This document shows positions 1 through 12,996 of a stretch of DNA of 64,000 bases, one piece after another. The notes beneath the pieces are model-generated. The model was given only the letters and a program-made list of their open reading frames with translations, had not been told where the DNA came from and searched no databases. The position numbers and the translations under genes were made by a program. Numbering within the stretch: the stretch's first letter is position 1; the number at the start of each line of letters is the position of its first letter. Location of the stretch: the NCBI GenBank assembly GCA_964016885.1, contig OZ024740.1, positions 374,418,001-374,482,000 on the forward strand. Reading direction: 5' to 3'. The DNA is from Eledone cirrhosa (lineage: Eukaryota).

Positions 1-2210
1 ATGAACTTTTTCTTCGGCCCATATCTTTTCCCAGAATTCTTGCACTTCCTCTTTGGGTCGTATTGATTTAGCAGTTATTGTTGACTTACCAATTTTTCTG
101 TAGAAGTTTCTTTGATTGTTTTTGAACATATTATTGTCCTTATAGGACCTAGATCGTTTTTCAAAGCGCCTTATACGAGCAGCTTTGGCCGACACTTTTT
201 GCTTGATTATTTCTATCAGCATGTCTATGTCACTTGTTGATTTTATACTGTACTTTCTTTTCAATTTTCTAAGTTTAGTTTGTTTAACATATTCACCTAC
301 TTTATAGTTTGTTAAAATTTCTATGACAGATCGGAGAAGTTTTATTTGGCGATTGATGTTCTCTTGCCAAGTAGATTTCTTGTGTGAATTCCTTTGTTTT
401 TTCATCTTCACTCCAAATAAGTGAGTGGTGACTTTAGCCGATGCATAAAAGAGATGATTTAAATCAGTAATGTTTAGTTTGTTTGTGATGATAATGTTTT
501 TGAGAATTATATTAATCTTGTGTATTATCTTTTGGTTCTGTTTGGAGTTCTGGATCTTAGGGAGGGTGTCTCGTTCCCCCATGTCACATTCTTTCATTTT
601 CGTCCATTCGATCATAATTTCATCCTTCAAGATGGCATGTTCATTCTCATTCATTTCTTTATCATTTACGATCTCATTGTTTTCATTTGGAGTTTCATCT
701 TGAGCATGCAATCCCTCCACTTTTTCGATCCTTTCTTTAATTTGTTCTGTTGTCAGTGATTCCGCCCCAACCCTGGGATTCGAAGTGTTACAATTTACCT
801 CGTTTTCACTGAAACATGTTTCATTTTCCCTTCGCTGACTGTGCTAATAGCTTGATCTGATCAATTTCTATATCAATTAGTAACTTTTCTTTTACAATAT
901 TTATTCGTATATTGGCTAGTTTGTTACTGTCAATATTGCCTCTATTTTCGGGATGTTTCTTTTTCAAGTTTATATATGTCTGATCTTTATTCGATGTATT
1001 TGATGGGTAGTACATGGAAGTGTAGAAAGACTCAAGTACTTCTTTATTATCATCCCTGGACCATTTTTCTCTCTTTTTCTTTGGATTTCTTGGTGGTGAG
1101 CATGGAGGATCAACAGTAGGAGTATTCCGGTGATGGGAGGTTTCCAGCTCCGAAGTGATGGGAAGGTTTGAACCATTAGCTGATTTTTCGACCCCAGTCT
1201 GGTTCCTCCCTGAGGGACGCGGCCCTTTTTGACCCGGGTGACGGCCGATCCGGTATGAGATTTTATCATTAGACATTTACTTTATATTGTCGCGTTTTAT
1301 CCTTATCCGCCAAGGGGTAATCATTTCGTGTTACCACTTCTAGGATGAGTGTCAACCAAGACTAGAGGGGTTGTCCTCCCGTAGATACACGGCTATTCGC
1401 CGCTGGCCGCCATCCCGGTATTTCTTGGTCACGGGGTTTTCTTTTTTGTTGTTTTTTATGTTGTTATTATCATGAGTGGTTCCTTAATGTGAGCATTGCA
1501 TGGCTTAAGAATGAAATTATTTATAATATAATATACTTTTTGCAGAAGTTGCCTGTTATTGTTGTTGGCTATCTCGGTGGTGGTGCTGGGGCTTTTTCTG
1601 TTGTTGGTGGGGAAGGGGGGAGCCAGCAGTGCCATAAGCGTTGACGTTTGGCCGATGGCCGTGTCACTAAGTCAATCTATTTATATATTTTGCTAGCTTC
1701 TCCCTTGTCTAGTGATACCGACACCTTCCCCTTTCTTAAGTTAACAGAAGATAATGGGGGAATAGTGGTGGTAGCAAGGAAGGAGTGGTGGCGGCAGTGA
1801 TGGGATAGTGGTAGCAATGATGAATGGAGTGGTGGCGGCGGTGACTATAGTGATGGCGTGTCGTTACTGAGTTTTGTTGAATGGACTGTAGATTTGTTTG
1901 ATCTGTGTATCTATGCGTTTGTCGCGTATGTTTAATATATGTGTTGACATATTCCCTTAATATTGGAATTAAACATTTTGTTAAAACTTGAGACAATAAT
2001 AATAGTAATTATTATTATTATGCTGGGATTGGTGGTGGTGGTGGTGAAATTACCGTTATCTGGCTGATGTATTTAGTGTACACAGAGGGGTGATTGTGTA
2101 GGTGGTGTATCTAGTTTCTGGTGTCGGTGAAATTGCTGTTACTTGGCTGTTCTATATAGTGTAGACAGAGGGGGTTTTCTTCCATTTATAACCATTTTCT
2201 TTTTTGAATA
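1..2210 (-). mobile_element. R4/Dong-like RLE non-LTR retrotransposon, family B, 5' part (runs off the window start); ORF frameshifted near 840
   Basis: ORF 821-1276 (MSNDKISYRIGRHPG...WSRDDNKEVLESFY) and the sequence down to base 1 are near-identical to the family B copy at 9550-11646. The 5' leader begins right after the (TTA)n tract at 2212-2236. Confidence 0.88.
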
Positions 2211-2236
2211 GTATTATTATTATTATTATTATTATT

Positions 2237-5200
2237 CTTTGAGTCTCAGTCATTGATGTTAGTTAACTGGAAAGTTTGTTGAAATGAATACCAAGCCACT
2301 ACCTGCAGCCTCAGATATTCAGGACGTATCGGAGGGTTCTTGCTGTTCCCAGCAAGCATGCCTTTTGAAGCGTTCCAAAAAACGTGAAGGGGCCAATTTT
2401 CTTTAACCATCCCTGGAAACTTTTTGAGATAGCACCTAGTGCGCCTAGGACAATCGGGACCACTTTGACTTCATGGCAGTTCCAAATCCTTTTTACCTCC
2501 CACTTTAAGTCCTGGTATCGGTTAATTTTCTCCCTGTCCTTCTCTAGCCCTCTCGTGTCGAATGGGCAGGCAACATCCACAATCAGGCACGATATTTTTT
2601 CTTTGTGCACAACTACCATGTCAGGTCTATTGTGTTCCAGTTTCTTGTCCGTCTGTATCCTAAAATCCCACAGCACCTTCACCTGATCGTTTTCTATCAC
2701 CGACTCTGGCTTATGCTCATACCACTTCTCACAATGTGGTAAATTGTTTACTTTGCATAGGTGCCATTGGATCACCCTTCCCATCACATTATGTCTCCAG
2801 CCCTTATAGTGAGTCTGGGCTAGGTGTTTACACTCGGATACAATGTGAGCCACAGTCTCCCCTCTCTCCACAGATCCTGCAGAGTGGGCTAGCCTCCTCC
2901 TTGTAAATATGGTGTTTCAACCACTTCGTTTTGAGGGCCTGCTCCTGCGCAGCCATTAACATTCCTTTTGTAGCCTTTTTAAGATCTCCTCTTTTCAACC
3001 AGTTCCATGTATGTGGATCTCTGAATTCAGTTTTCTCAAATAAGGTACTATGAAGGGATTTTTCCTGAAGGCTGCTCTATCTACTTGATGTTATTTCCTC
3101 CTTGGACATCCCCTGCTCTATTGTCCCCTCCTTCAGTACAGTTCTGAGCATTGGCTCCTTTCTATCAGTCACGTATTTGTGTAGGTTGATTTTCTTCATC
3201 TGAACTCAGTCCACTATGCTGATTATACCTCTTCCACCTTCAGATCTCCTTAAGTAGAGTCTATCGACATCACCCCTCTTGTGGAACATGTTGTAGAAAG
3301 TCAATAGATTCCTAGTCTTCCTATCCATTTCTTTTTGTTCAGCAACATTCCATCTCAGAATTCTCGCACGGTACCTAATAATATACACAGCTCGGGAATG
3401 TACTGCACTTATGGCATTCCTACTGTTCAGATGTGACTTTAATACGCCCCTTACTCTCCGAATGTATTCAGTTCTTATCTATTCCTTCATTTTTTTTTCT
3501 TGATGTCATCAGCCTCCAGAACACCCAAATACTTGTATCCTTCTTCAGAGTCAATTTCCTTTATCATCTCACCTGTTTGTACCTGGTTTTCATTACTTCT
3601 GCTCAATTTACCCCTCTTCATCACAAGGACTCCACACTTACTAATACCAAATTGCATACATATATCATTGCTGAAAATACGGACAGTGTCAACAAGCACA
3701 TCCAACTCCTTCTCACTCTTCCCGAAGAGCTTAAGTTCGTCCATGAAGAGGAGGTGATTGATGATAAGCCCTCCCATTCCCAACCTGTATCCTGCTCTCA
3801 CTTTTCGCAGTACACTGGTCATGGGCATCAGGGCAAGGACAAACAACAGAGGGGACAGACTATCTCCCTGGAAGATAACTCTCTTGATCTTCATGCTTCC
3901 CAAGGATTCTCCAGTTGATGTTAACTCTGTTTCCCAGGACTTCATACTTTTGCCCAACAACCGTCTGATGTTATCTGCCACCTTGAAGATCTCCAGGCTT
4001 TTGGTGATCCAAGAATGAGGCACCATGTCAAATGCCTTTTTGTAGTCCATCCATCCCATGCCAAGACCAGTGTGTCTCCTCTTGCAATTCCTCATTAGCA
4101 TCTTATCAGTAAGTAAATGGTCCTCTGTACCACGTGACTTCTTTCGGCATCCTTTCTGTTCGTCCGGTAAAAAGTTGTTTGTGTGGAGGTGATGGTAGAT
4201 TTCCTCAGACATAATGCTTGTCAACAGTTTCCACATTACGGACAGACATGTGATACGTCTATAGTTGGTAACATCATTACTCTTGATTAGGTCTATCATT
4301 ATCAGAACTGTGGTACCTTTTGTCAACCACTCTGGTACCTCACCTGACATCAAGCAGTCATTGAACATGGTTGTCAGTTTCGGGTGGAGGGATGTTATAT
4401 TTTTTAATCCAATACCCCTGCACACCATCTGGGCCTGGTGATTTCTAGTTGGTTAGTTTTTTGGCCTGCCCTTAAGAGTTTCAACTGTGATACTCAAATC
4501 AGTTTGTTGGTGTGCCTGTTCACTAATCTCCTTCTGTACTGTCTCAATCCACACTGCCTGGTCATTATGTTTAACATCCTGCTCCCATATTCCTCTCCAG
4601 AATGTTTTAGTTTGTTCCGCCTCAGGGATCAAGTCGTTGCCTCTTTCTTTCCCTTCAAGCTGTCCAAACAGCATCTTCTGGTTGTTGTCGAACATGCGGT
4701 TCTGTCTATACTGGCTGACCCTGTTCTCGTATCACCTGATTTTTGTACTCTTTGCTACAATGCGTTGCTTCAGTTCCTCTATGATAATATTTAGCTTTTT
4801 CCTCCTAGTTTTGTACTTTATTTCCAGTCTATTATACCAAGTAATTTCCTCACCGCATTTGCTGTTGCTTTAAGGATATTGTTGCACTGGTGAAGGCTCC
4901 TCGCCTCAAGGTATGGGATGACTTTCTTTAACTTAGCTGTTATTTTTTTTTACTTTTTCCTATCTACAAATCTTAGGTTCATAGGTTTCCCACTATCATT
5001 GTTCAATTCATCTACCACTAAGTTTAGGATATCAACCAAATCTAGTCCTAGCCTGTCAGCATTCATCTCCTCAGTGGCCGTACCTCTGTTCCAGGTATTA
5101 TTTATCTCAGCATTCAGATCATTGTCTACTTCGGGTGGTTCCTCCGTTCTCTCGACCTCTTCACCTTCATTTCCCACCGGCTCGTTTGACTGGCATACTC

Positions 5201-6961
5201 CACTCTCCATTTCCAAGCTAATCTCTCTGCTCAGTTCCTCCAGTTCCAGCTCGCTAATCCATTAGTTCTTATTACCCGAGCCTGCCCGGCCGATTTTTGT
5301 TCATCTAATTTAAATAGACCAATCTCGTTCCAGATGTTATGCATCCGTTTCCTATAGCCTTTCTCTTTGGGGTTACTCTTCAGGTAACATTGCATAACAG
5401 TTCTATTCAATACTTTCGTCCAGTTGGTTCTGGTCCCTTTCCTTCTTCTTCTTTTTCCGACACCAGCAGTATTGACAGCCAGGTCCCTGCTGCTGAGCCA
5501 GGGAGAATCTGTTAGGTGAGCGTCTGTCACATGACATTCTAGCCTCCATTTCACCGTTATTCGAACTGTTTAGTTCGACATTTAAACACTCTTATCGAGG
5601 ATTGGCGATTGTATTGTTACATAACCACCGGTTATTTCATCACATCCGGTGATTTCGTCACTCCCGGTGATTTTTGTGTGGCATTATCACGCTGTAGACG
5701 AACATAAATAAACAAGCAAACAAACACGCAAAAAAAAAAAAAAATGAATAAGCATAAGTTTCATTGTAATGTTTGTTTTTCTCTTCATTTTTCTTTTCTT
5801 TACGTTTTTCGTTGTTGCTGTGCTTCTTTGATTTTTATTTTTATTTATTTATTTTTTTTTGCCGGGTCATCAATTCAGTCTATTTATATATTTTGATGCC
5901 CTCCTCTTTTAGTGGGGACACTACGATGTACCAGGGGATAGTGGGAGAGAATAGCGGCGGTAGTGATAATGAGGCAGTCGTAGTGGTGGTGGTGTCGATG
6001 CTGTGCTAGTAGTACCTAGCAGGAGGTAGTGGGAGAGAATAGCGGCGGTAGCGATAATGAGGCAGTGGTGGTGGTGATGTGATCGTAGTAGTGTAGTGAT
6101 GGTGTTGAAGATGGAGTAGAAATAGTGGTTGAGGCAACTTGACGAGAGTTTTTAGCGTGGTAGTGGTGGTGGTGTTGGTTGTGAAATTATCTTTAGCTAT
6201 TTAGCTATTTAATAATTTTGCCATTTTTCTCCTTTTCGACTCTAACATTCCTGATCCGAAATTAAATATTAATATTGTTTATTAATATTGTCTAGTGATA
6301 CAGCGACCTTCCCCTTTCGTAAGTTAACAGAAGGTAATGGGGGAATAGCGGTGGTAGCAATGAAGGAGCGGTTGCGGCGGTGATGGGATAGTGGTGGCGG
6401 CGGTGACTGTAGTTATGGCGTTGTCCTTACTGAGTTTTGTTGAATAGACTGTATTTTTGTTTGATCGGTGAATCTATACGGTTAGTCGCGTATATGTGTT
6501 GATATATTTCCTTAATATTGGATTTAACATTTTGTGAAAACTTGAGACAATTATATTAGTAATTATAATTATTATGCTGAGATTGGTGGTGGTGAAATTG
6601 CCGTTATCTGGCTGTTGTATTTAGTGTACACAAAGGAATGATGAGGTACGTAGTGTATCTAGTTTGTGGTGTTTGTGAAATTGCTGTTATTTGTCTGTTC
6701 TATATAGTGTAGACAGAGAGGGCCTTCTTCCATTTATAACCATCTTCTTTTCTGAATGTAAAATGTATATTACAAAATTGAATATTTGAGCGGTATAACA
6801 ATATATTATGGATCCGAATTTTCCTGAGATTTGAGTCTGGTGCTTTATGCATCATTTGTACTAAGAATTGTTATTTCACAATATTTTTAAATATGCTAAA
6901 AATCAAAAACTTACGGGAGCGATTTCATGACCTTCTTTCCACCTTGTGCGTCTTCTTCCCT
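2237..6961 (-). mobile_element. R4/Dong-like RLE non-LTR retrotransposon, family A (A2 subfamily), near full-length, decayed
   Basis: Fragmented ORF 2311-5581 with RT motifs (QGDSLSPLLF, FMDE) and RLE motifs (HNRPDMVV, VDVACPFD, EKINRYQDL). It has an internal deletion near 4840 and (TTA)n tracts on both sides. Confidence 0.92.
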
Positions 6962-6963
6962 AT

Positions 6964-7066
<103 letters not shown>

Positions 7067-9627
7067 AGTTGCATATATCTTGCTTTATGTTCATACGAGT
7101 TATCACCAAGTCACAACCAGTGACCTCAAGAGACAACAAGGTCCGCCATGTTCAAGAAAGAACATACATATTCACACATGCATCCTTAGTGTTTAGACTT
7201 GTTATGTACTTATATTGACAGAATCTTCCTTAGTATATGGGCAGTTCCCATTAGTACTATCTTTTGTATTTCTCCTATACGCGGGTTTCCTGGGATTTGC
7301 GATATGTAATCATTAGACCCCAGAGCGCCTACAACCACTGGTATTGTTTTAGTTCTCAATTTCCACATTTTTACAATTTCTATCTCCCGGTCCTTATACT
7401 TGCTCAATTTTTCAAATGTGTTTATAGATACATTCTTGTCTATTGGAACAGACATATCAATTAGCAGGCATACCCTCTTTTGAAAGTATTTCAATATTAT
7501 ATCAGGTCTGTTTGCAACTATTTTTCGGTCTGTTTGGATGCTAAAGTTCCACAAGATTGAGATGTGATCTTTTTCAAGTATGGGAGGTGGTTGATGCTCC
7601 CACCAATTCTTTTGATGGGGCAGGTCAAAATGCTTACACTTTATCCAATGTATGTATTGTGCAGCTCTGTCATGCCTGTTAGGTATTCAGTTGGAGCTAT
7701 AGGACTGCACATTGAAATTATATGGTCAATGGTCTCTGGTTGTTTTTTGCATACACGGCATAATGGGCTGCACCCATTTTTTATTATGTTGGCTTGGTAA
7801 TTTTTTATTGGCAGACACTGATCTTGTGCCGATATAATCAGTCCTTCAGTCTCCGATTTCAGTCCAGAGGATGCCAACCACTGATGGGTTAACGTTTTGT
7901 CAACATCAGGATTGTTAGCTCGCTCTGGGTATTTTCCATACAGAGGCTTTTCTTGCCATTTCTTAGCCAGTTTCTGTAGCAGTTCTTTCTTTGCAGTTAC
8001 TTTTACCTGCTTTGCTTTTTCTGTGTTTTCAATTTCAGCAGTAAATGGGACTTCTGAAATGTGTAGTCCATTACTGTATCTTTGTGCATCTTTTGTAATG
8101 GAATATGATCTTTTGATGCTTTCGTGTTTCAAAACAAGTTTGATCATCCAATCATGCGATTCCCTTAGATATGTAGATAATCCAATTGTTGCGGTTTTCA
8201 ACGCAATGTCTAACTGGATTAACCCACGTCCTCCTTCTATCCTAGGGAGATATATTCTATCTATATCTGCCTTAGGGTCATGCATTCTGTGCATGGTTAA
8301 GAATTTTCTAATTTTTGTATCGAGCTTACGGATCTCTGTGCTTGACCAGTTGATGACATTGTAACTGTAGGTTACTACTGGTATGGCTAGCGTGTTTATG
8401 GCATCTATCCTATTCCTTGCATTCAATTCCGTTCTTAAGATTGCTCTTACTCTGCAGTAACATTCCTTCCTGATCCTTTCCCTCATTGTCGAGTGCTTGA
8501 TTCCGTCTCCTTCACAAACACCTAGATATTTGTAAGTTTTTTTTTGATCAAGTTCTCTTATCACGTTCCCCCGATCAAGAATAATGTCTGAACTCTTCAG
8601 CAGCTTTCCTCTGGTGAACGTTGCTTTGGCGCATTTATCTAGTCCAAACTCCATTTTAATGTCATCACTGAACTGCTTCACAGTGGATAATAGCCCTTGC
8701 AATTGTTCATCATTTTTTGCAAATAGTTTCAGGTCATCCATGTAGAACAGGTGATTAATGGTTTTGTCATAGACTTTATATCCATGTTTTGTTTCATTGA
8801 GCATTTTACTTAATGGTATAAGTGCGATGCAGAATAAAAGCGGTGATAAATTCCACAATGAATATTAACTTCTCCAGCTTCCAGTAATTTTGTTTCACTA
8901 TTCAAAAGGAGTGTCGTTTTCCATGTCTTCATACTGAATGACAAAAACCTCCTGGCAACAGGGGATACTTTGAAAATCTCTAAACAATTTTCAATCCAAC
9001 TGTGTGGCAAACTATCAAATGCTTTTTTATAATCTATCCAAGCAATCGATAGATTTTTGTGTCTATTATGACAATCTTCCAGTATGATTTTGTTAACCAG
9101 AAGCTGATCTTTACAGCCATATGAGCCTCGTTTACACCCTTTCTGCTCAATGGGAAATAGGTCATTTGTTATCAGGTGGTCATATGTGTATTCAGTTAGG
9201 ACTGATGTTAACATTTTATACATTGTGGTCAAGCAAGTTATCGGTCTGTAATTTTTGGGATTGTTTGTCTCATCATTCTTCGGAAGCAGGAATGTAATGC
9301 CGTTAAATAGCTATGAAGGTATCTTTTCTGGCTCCTTAACTATTTCATTGTAAAGTTGGGCTAACAGCTCATGAGACTCTGTGAAGGCATTTATCAAAAA
9401 GTTTTGTATTTTGTCTTTTCGTGGGGATTTCCATTTGCTGGTTTTTCTTAGAGAAAAGCGCAACTGTTCAACTGTTATATTTTCGCATGTTTGTACCTCA
9501 AGGTGAGCTGTATCTTTTATTTGTCTGTCTATCCATGGGGCATGTATGTTATGAACTTTTTCTTCGGCCCAGATCTTTTCCCAGAATTTTTGCACTTCCT
9601 CCTTGGGTTGTATTGATTTAGTAGTTA

Positions 9628-10445
9628 CTAGCAGTAAAGCCCGGCGTTGCTCGGGGTCGCTCAGTAGCTGTGTTAAAGTTACAATGTTAAGTTTCTTTCT
9701 TGGCTTAAAAACTGTAGTGTCTACTGTGCAGACTTGCATGTGGTGTTTTTGATTAATATTCCCTCAACCAACAATATGCCTTATGAAGTTAAGAAAACAT
9801 AACGATAACCCGAATGTTATAACAAAAGAGGATGCTGGGGATAGAAACTGCACTGGTTATTTATTAACAAAGATCGAAAATGTAAACACTGCAACGCAGA
9901 GAAAAACATTAGCGTAACCAAATTATCAGTTATGTCTGTCTGCACGCCTATATCACCTCTCTGCACGACTGTCTGTCTGCACGCCTGAAATATTTGCTTG
10001 TTTTACGTAGTCTTTAAATAGACTTGTTTTCAAGTAAAAATATTGTTTTAAAATGCTTTTAAATGGAAATGAAGCAAAACGGAAGCTTAGTGTTCGAACT
10101 GATGAATTTTGCAGGTCAATATTTTGCTGGCTCGACAACTGTCTGTTCGTGTATTGTGTTAATGTCATTTTAAACGCTGAGAAAGCCAGCGTAATTTTTT
10201 ACGTAAGACGCTCAATGTAAACAGAACAAAGGGAAATAACTGATAACTTACGCTCAAAAATCGATACATTATATTCGATTTCGTCACATAGGGTGGGTCA
10301 ATTTGAAATATTTTTTTCCGATGTCTTCGCTAGGGCTCAATGTACAAGTATAGCAATTTCGGTGCAATTCCGTGAGAGATTCTAAGAGGAGATGTGTGCC
10401 AAAAATCGATAGACAGACAGACAACCACAGTTTTATATATATAGA
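9628..10445 (-). mobile_element. Non-autonomous Helitron (818 bp) nested in the family B ORF
   Basis: On the minus strand it starts TC and ends CTAG. It sits between A and T with no TSD; the empty site agtta|ttgttg is visible in the other B copy near 73-83. Subterminal hairpin CCCGAGCAACGCCGGG and (GTCT)n near the 5' end. Confidence 0.92.
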
Positions 10446-11903
10446 TTGTTGATTTACCAATTTTTCTGTAGAAGTTTCTTTGGTTGTTTTTGAACATATT
10501 ATTATCCTTATAGAATCTAGATCGTTTTTCAAAGCGCCTTATACGAGCAGCTTTGGCCGACACTTTTTGCTTGATTATTTCTGTCAGCATGTCTATGTCA
10601 CATGTTGATTTTATACTGTACCTTTTTTTCAATTTTCTAAGTTTAGTTTGTTTAACATGTTCACCTACTTTATAGTTTGTTAAAATGTCTATGTCAGATC
10701 GTAGAAGGTTTATTTGGCGATTGATGTTCTCTTGCCAAGTAAATTTCCTGTGGGAATTCCTTTGTTTTTTCATCTTCACTCCACATAAGTGAGTGGTGAC
10801 TTTAGCCGATACATAATAGAGATGATTTAAATCAGTATTGTTTAGTTTGTTTGTGATGATAATGTTTTTGAGAATTATGTTAGTCTTGTGTATTATCTTT
10901 TGGTTCTGTTTGGAGTTCTGGATCTTAGGGAGGGTGTCTCGTTGCCCCATGTCAGATTTTTTCATTTTCATCCATTCGATCATAATTTCATCCTTCAAGT
11001 TGGCAAGTTCATTCTCATTCATTTCGTTATCATTTACGATCTCATTATTTTCATTTGGAGTTTCATCCTGAGCATGCACTCCCTCCACTTTTTCGATCCT
11101 TTCTTTAATTTGTTCTGTTGCAAGTGATTCCGCCCCAACCCTGGGATTCGAAGTGTTACAGTTTACCTCGTTTTCACTGACACATGTTTCATTTTCCCTT
11201 CGCTGACTTTGTGCTAATAGCTTGATCTGATCAATTTCTATATCAGTTAGTAACTTTTTTCTTACAATATTTCTTCGTATATTGGCTAGTTTGTTACTGT
11301 CAATATAGCCTCTGTTTTCGGTATGTTTCTTTTTCCAGTTGATATATGTCTGTTCTGTATTCGATGTATTTGATGGGTAGTACATGGCAGTGTAGAAAGC
11401 CTCAAGGACTTCTTTATTATCTTCCCTGGTCCATGTTTCTCTCTTTTTCTTTGGATTTCTTGGTGGTGAGCATGAAGGGCCAACAGTAGGAGTATTCCGG
11501 TTATGGGACGTCTCCAGCTCCGAAGTGATGGGAAGGTTTGAACCATTAGCTGATTTTTCGACCCCAGTCTGGTTCCTCTCTGAGCGACGCGGCCCTTTTT
11601 CACCCGGGTGACGGCCGATCCGGTATGAGATTTTATCATTAGACATTTACTTTATTTTTTCGCGTTTTATCCTTATCCGCCAAGGGGTAATCATTTCGTG
11701 TTACAACTTCTAGAACGAGTGTCAACCAAGACTAGAGGGGTCGTCCTCCCCTAGAGACAAGGCTATTCCCCGCCAGCCGCCATCCCGGTATTTCTTGGTC
11801 ACGGGGTTTTCTTTTTGTTGTTTTTTTTTTTTTTAATTGTTATTATTACGAGTGGTTCCTTAATGTGAGCATTGCGTGGCTTAAGAATGAAATTATTAAT
11901 AAT

Positions 11904-11948
11904 TGTCTCCACTCCAGGCACAAGGCCAGCAATCACCCAGTGCATTAC
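11904..11948 (-). mobile_element. 5'-truncated SINE 3' tail inserted in the family B 5' UTR
   Basis: The minus strand reads GTAATGCACTGGGTGATTGCTGGCCTTGTGCC, matching the 3' end of the SINE at 53208-53318. It is absent from the B copy near 1520 and is flanked by AATAAT on both sides. Confidence 0.75.
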
Positions 11949-12724
11949 AATAATATAATATACTTTTTGTTGTAGTTGGCTGTTATTGTTGTTGGCTATG
12001 TCGGTGGTGGTGCCGGGGCTTTTTATATTGTTGGTGAGGAAGGGGTGAGCCAGCAGTCGCATAGTTGTTGATGTTGACGTTCGGCCGTGGCTAGGTCACT
12101 AAGTCAATCTATTTATATCTTTTGCTAGCCTCTCCCTTGTCTAGTGATACCGCCACCTTCCCCTTTCTCTCTCAAGTTAACAGGGGAATAGTGTTGGTAG
12201 CATTGAAGGAGTGGTGGCGGCGGGGAGATGTGGGAGACAGTAGCGGCGGTATAGATACTGAGACAGTGGTGGTGGTGATGTCGATACCGAGGCAGTGGTG
12301 GCGGTGATGTGATCGTATTACTGTAGTGATGGTGTTGTAGCGGTGGTAGCAATGAAGGAGTGGTGGCGGCGATGATGGGATAGTGGTGGTAATGATGGCA
12401 GTAGTGAGTGATGGTGGTGAAATTGCCGTTATCTGGCTGTTGTGTTTAGTGTACACAGAGAGGTGATGGGTAAGCTGTTGTATCTAGTTTCTGGTGTTGT
12501 TTGGCTGTTCTATATAGCGTAGACAGAGGAGGGGGGGTTCTTCTTCCATTTATAGCCATTTTCTTTTTTTGAATATACAATGTACCATACAAAGTTGAAT
12601 ATTTGAATATTTGAGCCTTATAACAATATATTTTGGGTCCAAATTTTTTGGGGCTCAAGCCGGATGTTTTGCGTAGCATTTGTACTAAGAGTTGTTATTT
12701 CAAGGGTTCCCAAACTGTGGTACG

Positions 12725-12996
12725 CCCTCATCAGATAAAATACACATTTTATTTCATATATATTGACATATCCAGGAAGGAGATCTTAACGGTCCAAGTA
12801 TTTCCTCGATAGTAAGGTGTGGTAAAGAACCATATGGACCATAACGTACCAGAGTACTCAATACTTAGTGTAGTAGAGTGGGTAATAGGAAAAAGTTTGA
12901 CCCCAACGCCAGAGCTCAAGACGTTTCGATTGCTATTCCAGTCCAGAAATGGACTTCGAAACGGCTTGAGCTCTGCCGTCGGGGTCAAACTTTTTC
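12725..12996. repeat. Dispersed repeat ending in a 41-bp inverted repeat next to (TA)n; possible Penelope-like terminal-repeat remnant
   Basis: Arms 12889-12929 and 12956-12996 differ by 3 mismatches. Bases 12819-12888 recur at 63932-64000, also beside (TA)n. Confidence 0.6.
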
